This document shows, piece by piece, positions 52,927 through 54,736 of a stretch of DNA of 54,736 nt. The notes under the pieces are model-generated. The model was given only the letters and a program-made list of their open reading frames with translations, was not told where the DNA came from and did not search any database. Both the position numbers and the translations under genes were made by a program. Source of the stretch: Candidatus Gottesmanbacteria bacterium GW2011_GWC1_43_10 (GTDB lineage: Bacteria > Patescibacteriota > Microgenomatia > UBA10105); the NCBI GenBank assembly GCA_000995415.1, contig LCEX01000016.1:1-54736 (forward strand), given 5' to 3'. Each line of letters begins with the position of its first letter. Position 1 is the first letter of the stretch.

Positions 52927-53082
52927 AATTCCTCACAGCTCGCGGCGTAATTGTCATTCCCACCCCGTATGTCATTCCCGCGAAGGCGGGAATCTGCGGG
53001 GTAAACTCCAGCGGGAATCTATAAGATCCTCGCGACCCAAGTCGGAGATGACAGGATACCTCGCAGCGTGCCGCGAGGAGTT
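52927..53082. repeat. Nested palindromic composite element
   Basis: Outer aattcctcacagc../..gccgcgaggagtt IR; a gtcattccc unit interrupted by a second gtcattcccgcgaaggcgggaatc. Confidence 0.8.
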
Positions 53083-54528
53083 TCAATCATACAACCAGGG
53101 GAAATAGTCCGGGGGAGAATCTATCCACCACTCAAGCGTCTCTTTATGCACTTTCAGAGCTGATTTATCATACCAAACAGGATCTTTCACCAGAAGTTCC
53201 TCCGTCAGTAACACTCTGGTTTCTATTGGATCACCTTCAAAACAGACGCCAATTTTGGTTCCATTCCCATCATTCATACCATCTCGATAAATAAGATATG
53301 ATAACGCGTAAGCACTTAAAAATCCGGTATGCTTACAGCCATACAAAGCAAATTTTTGATTTGGAAAACCTTGATACAGAGCATTTTTTACCGATGCCAC
53401 CCGGGTATAAGAAACTATCGTAGCCTGTTGCATATTTTCACCCACCTGCATCAGGCTTCCTCCAACAAGCATAAGAAACAAGATGGCCCCGATCCATTTA
53501 TTGATACTTAAAACTCTCTGTACTACCCATGCAGAAAGAATGATGACTGTGCCGTGGGCAAAGAAACTATAGTAGACAAATCTTTCTCCTCTATAAGATC
53601 GAAACAAAATGACTTCAAGAACAAACACGATAGCTACCAATAAAAATAAAACGTGTTTTTTCCATTGCCGAAGTGACATGAGCGTCAAAATTGATATCAA
53701 AGACATGAGTAAACCGCCTATCATCTGGTATCCTCCAATGATGTAACTCCACGTTTTTGGCCAATATTCTCCGGCGTAGGTCAACCAGCGATTGGGAACC
53801 CAAATCTTGTATTGACCTTTGGTCAAATACCAATAGACGCTTTTGCTGTTGTACCAATCAAATTTGAGATCAAAAATCAGGAGTGGTATAAACGGGAGAG
53901 CTAAGAAGAGGAGAAATAAGAGGCCTTGTTTGACTCCCGGACGGCGACTTACCAAAGCTACCAGCAAAACCGGAAGAGTCAAAATGGTCTGAAAGTGAAT
54001 AGTCATTGCCAAACTCCAAAAAAATCCTATTCCGATAAAGTCCTTGGTTTTTCCATATTTGAACCACCTGACCAAAAAGAAAAGAGATGTAAGTGATAGT
54101 AACGGAATAATAGATGGATTCCAGATAGAGAGAGCGTTACCGACTTGTGCTTGGGATACAGAAGCAAAAATTCCTGCGAGTACCGCCAGTTTTATACCCC
54201 CGATTTCCCATCCAACTGCCATAGTTATGATGATAAATATCATTGAGAGGACGATGGCTACATACCAATATGTCAAATATCCCAATGGTAATCTGCCAAC
54301 AATTGATAAAAACCAATACCACCACGGACCGTAATAAAAGGGTCCGGCTGAAGTCACTTGTCCAATAAGTGGCCATTTATGATGGTCTTTTGCATAGTCG
54401 GCAACGAGCGCATCTCGGGTATTGTCAGTTTCAAAGTTGATTCGATCCGCAAAGTGATATGTGCGAAGAAAAAAAGCCAGAAGGAAAATTCCTGCTCCTA
54501 TTAACCAAAGGCGCTTATTCATTTTCAT
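53083..54528 (-). CDS. GT39/ArnT-like membrane glycosyltransferase
   Basis: LAFFLR..F..D..RD, PLIG..GP..Y, WNP, multiple TMs. Confidence 0.85.
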   Translation of the reverse strand: MKMNKRLWLIGAGIFLLAFFLRTYHFADRINFETDNTRDALVADYAKDHHKWPLIGQVTSAGPFYYGPWWYWFLSIVGRLPLGYLTYWYVAIVLSMIFIIITMAVGWEIGGIKLAVLAGIFASVSQAQVGNALSIWNPSIIPLLSLTSLFFLVRWFKYGKTKDFIGIGFFWSLAMTIHFQTILTLPVLLVALVSRRPGVKQGLLFLLFLALPFIPLLIFDLKFDWYNSKSVYWYLTKGQYKIWVPNRWLTYAGEYWPKTWSYIIGGYQMIGGLLMSLISILTLMSLRQWKKHVLFLLVAIVFVLEVILFRSYRGERFVYYSFFAHGTVIILSAWVVQRVLSINKWIGAILFLMLVGGSLMQVGENMQQATIVSYTRVASVKNALYQGFPNQKFALYGCKHTGFLSAYALSYLIYRDGMNDGNGTKIGVCFEGDPIETRVLLTEELLVKDPVWYDKSALKVHKETLEWWIDSPPDYFPWLYD

Positions 54529-54666
54529 CGGATATTAAACAATTTGCGTAATCAGGCTGGTGCTGTAGTATTAAATAGAAGGATCGTTGTCTATACTACC
54601 ATAAAAGCTCTTTAGCGTATAGATTTACCCCAGTACAGTAACAGTTCACACTTCCGCTATTATTTT

Positions 54667-54732
54667 GTCATTGCGAGCGTAGCGAAGCAATCTCATGAGA
54701 TCGCCACAGGGCCATTGGCCCTTCGCGATGAC
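54667..54732. repeat. GTCATTGCGAG..TCGCGATGAC palindromic element
   Basis: gtcattgcgagcgtagcgaagcaatc-tcatga-gatcgcc..cgcgatgac; same family as 12978. Confidence 0.85.
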
Positions 54733-54736
54733 GATT

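Overview
Bacterial chromosomal segment in standard code 11, most likely Patescibacteria/CPR (Microgenomates-like). This is inferred from the class I LysRS, a giant S74-chaperone surface fibre, an O-antigen-ligase/TPR protein, a GT39 and a very high density of short palindromic repeats. Layout: (i) 1-255, a GC-rich truncated trans-sulfuration gene fragment; (ii) about 0.3-9.6 kb, unrelated accessory genes (transglutaminase-like, Fic, MFS, hicBA, frameshifted AroE-like, BRO-N, others), each bounded by a same-orientation CAC-N7-GTGRGTA site that is not an attC, suggesting an integron-like cassette array; (iii) a Crp regulator with CRP boxes, divergent from a 2190-aa adhesin/fibre gene; (iv) sufC-sufB(intein)-sufD-sufS-sufU and a broken ferredoxin; (v) acyl-CoA synthetase-GNAT fusion, 2-oxoacid:ferredoxin oxidoreductase alpha/beta, CIRCE-preceded lon; (vi) a decaying accessory patch next to tRNA-Glu; (vii) greA, class I lysS fused to a B3/4 domain, rdgB, a Ser T-box with ultrashort stem I ahead of a PspA-like phosphatase and serS, two MurL-like paralogs, a methyltransferase and a GT39. 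Several palindromic element families sit in frame inside protein genes, and ~165-bp MITEs sit at stop codons of convergent genes. All calls come from reading the sequence by eye; no searches were run.
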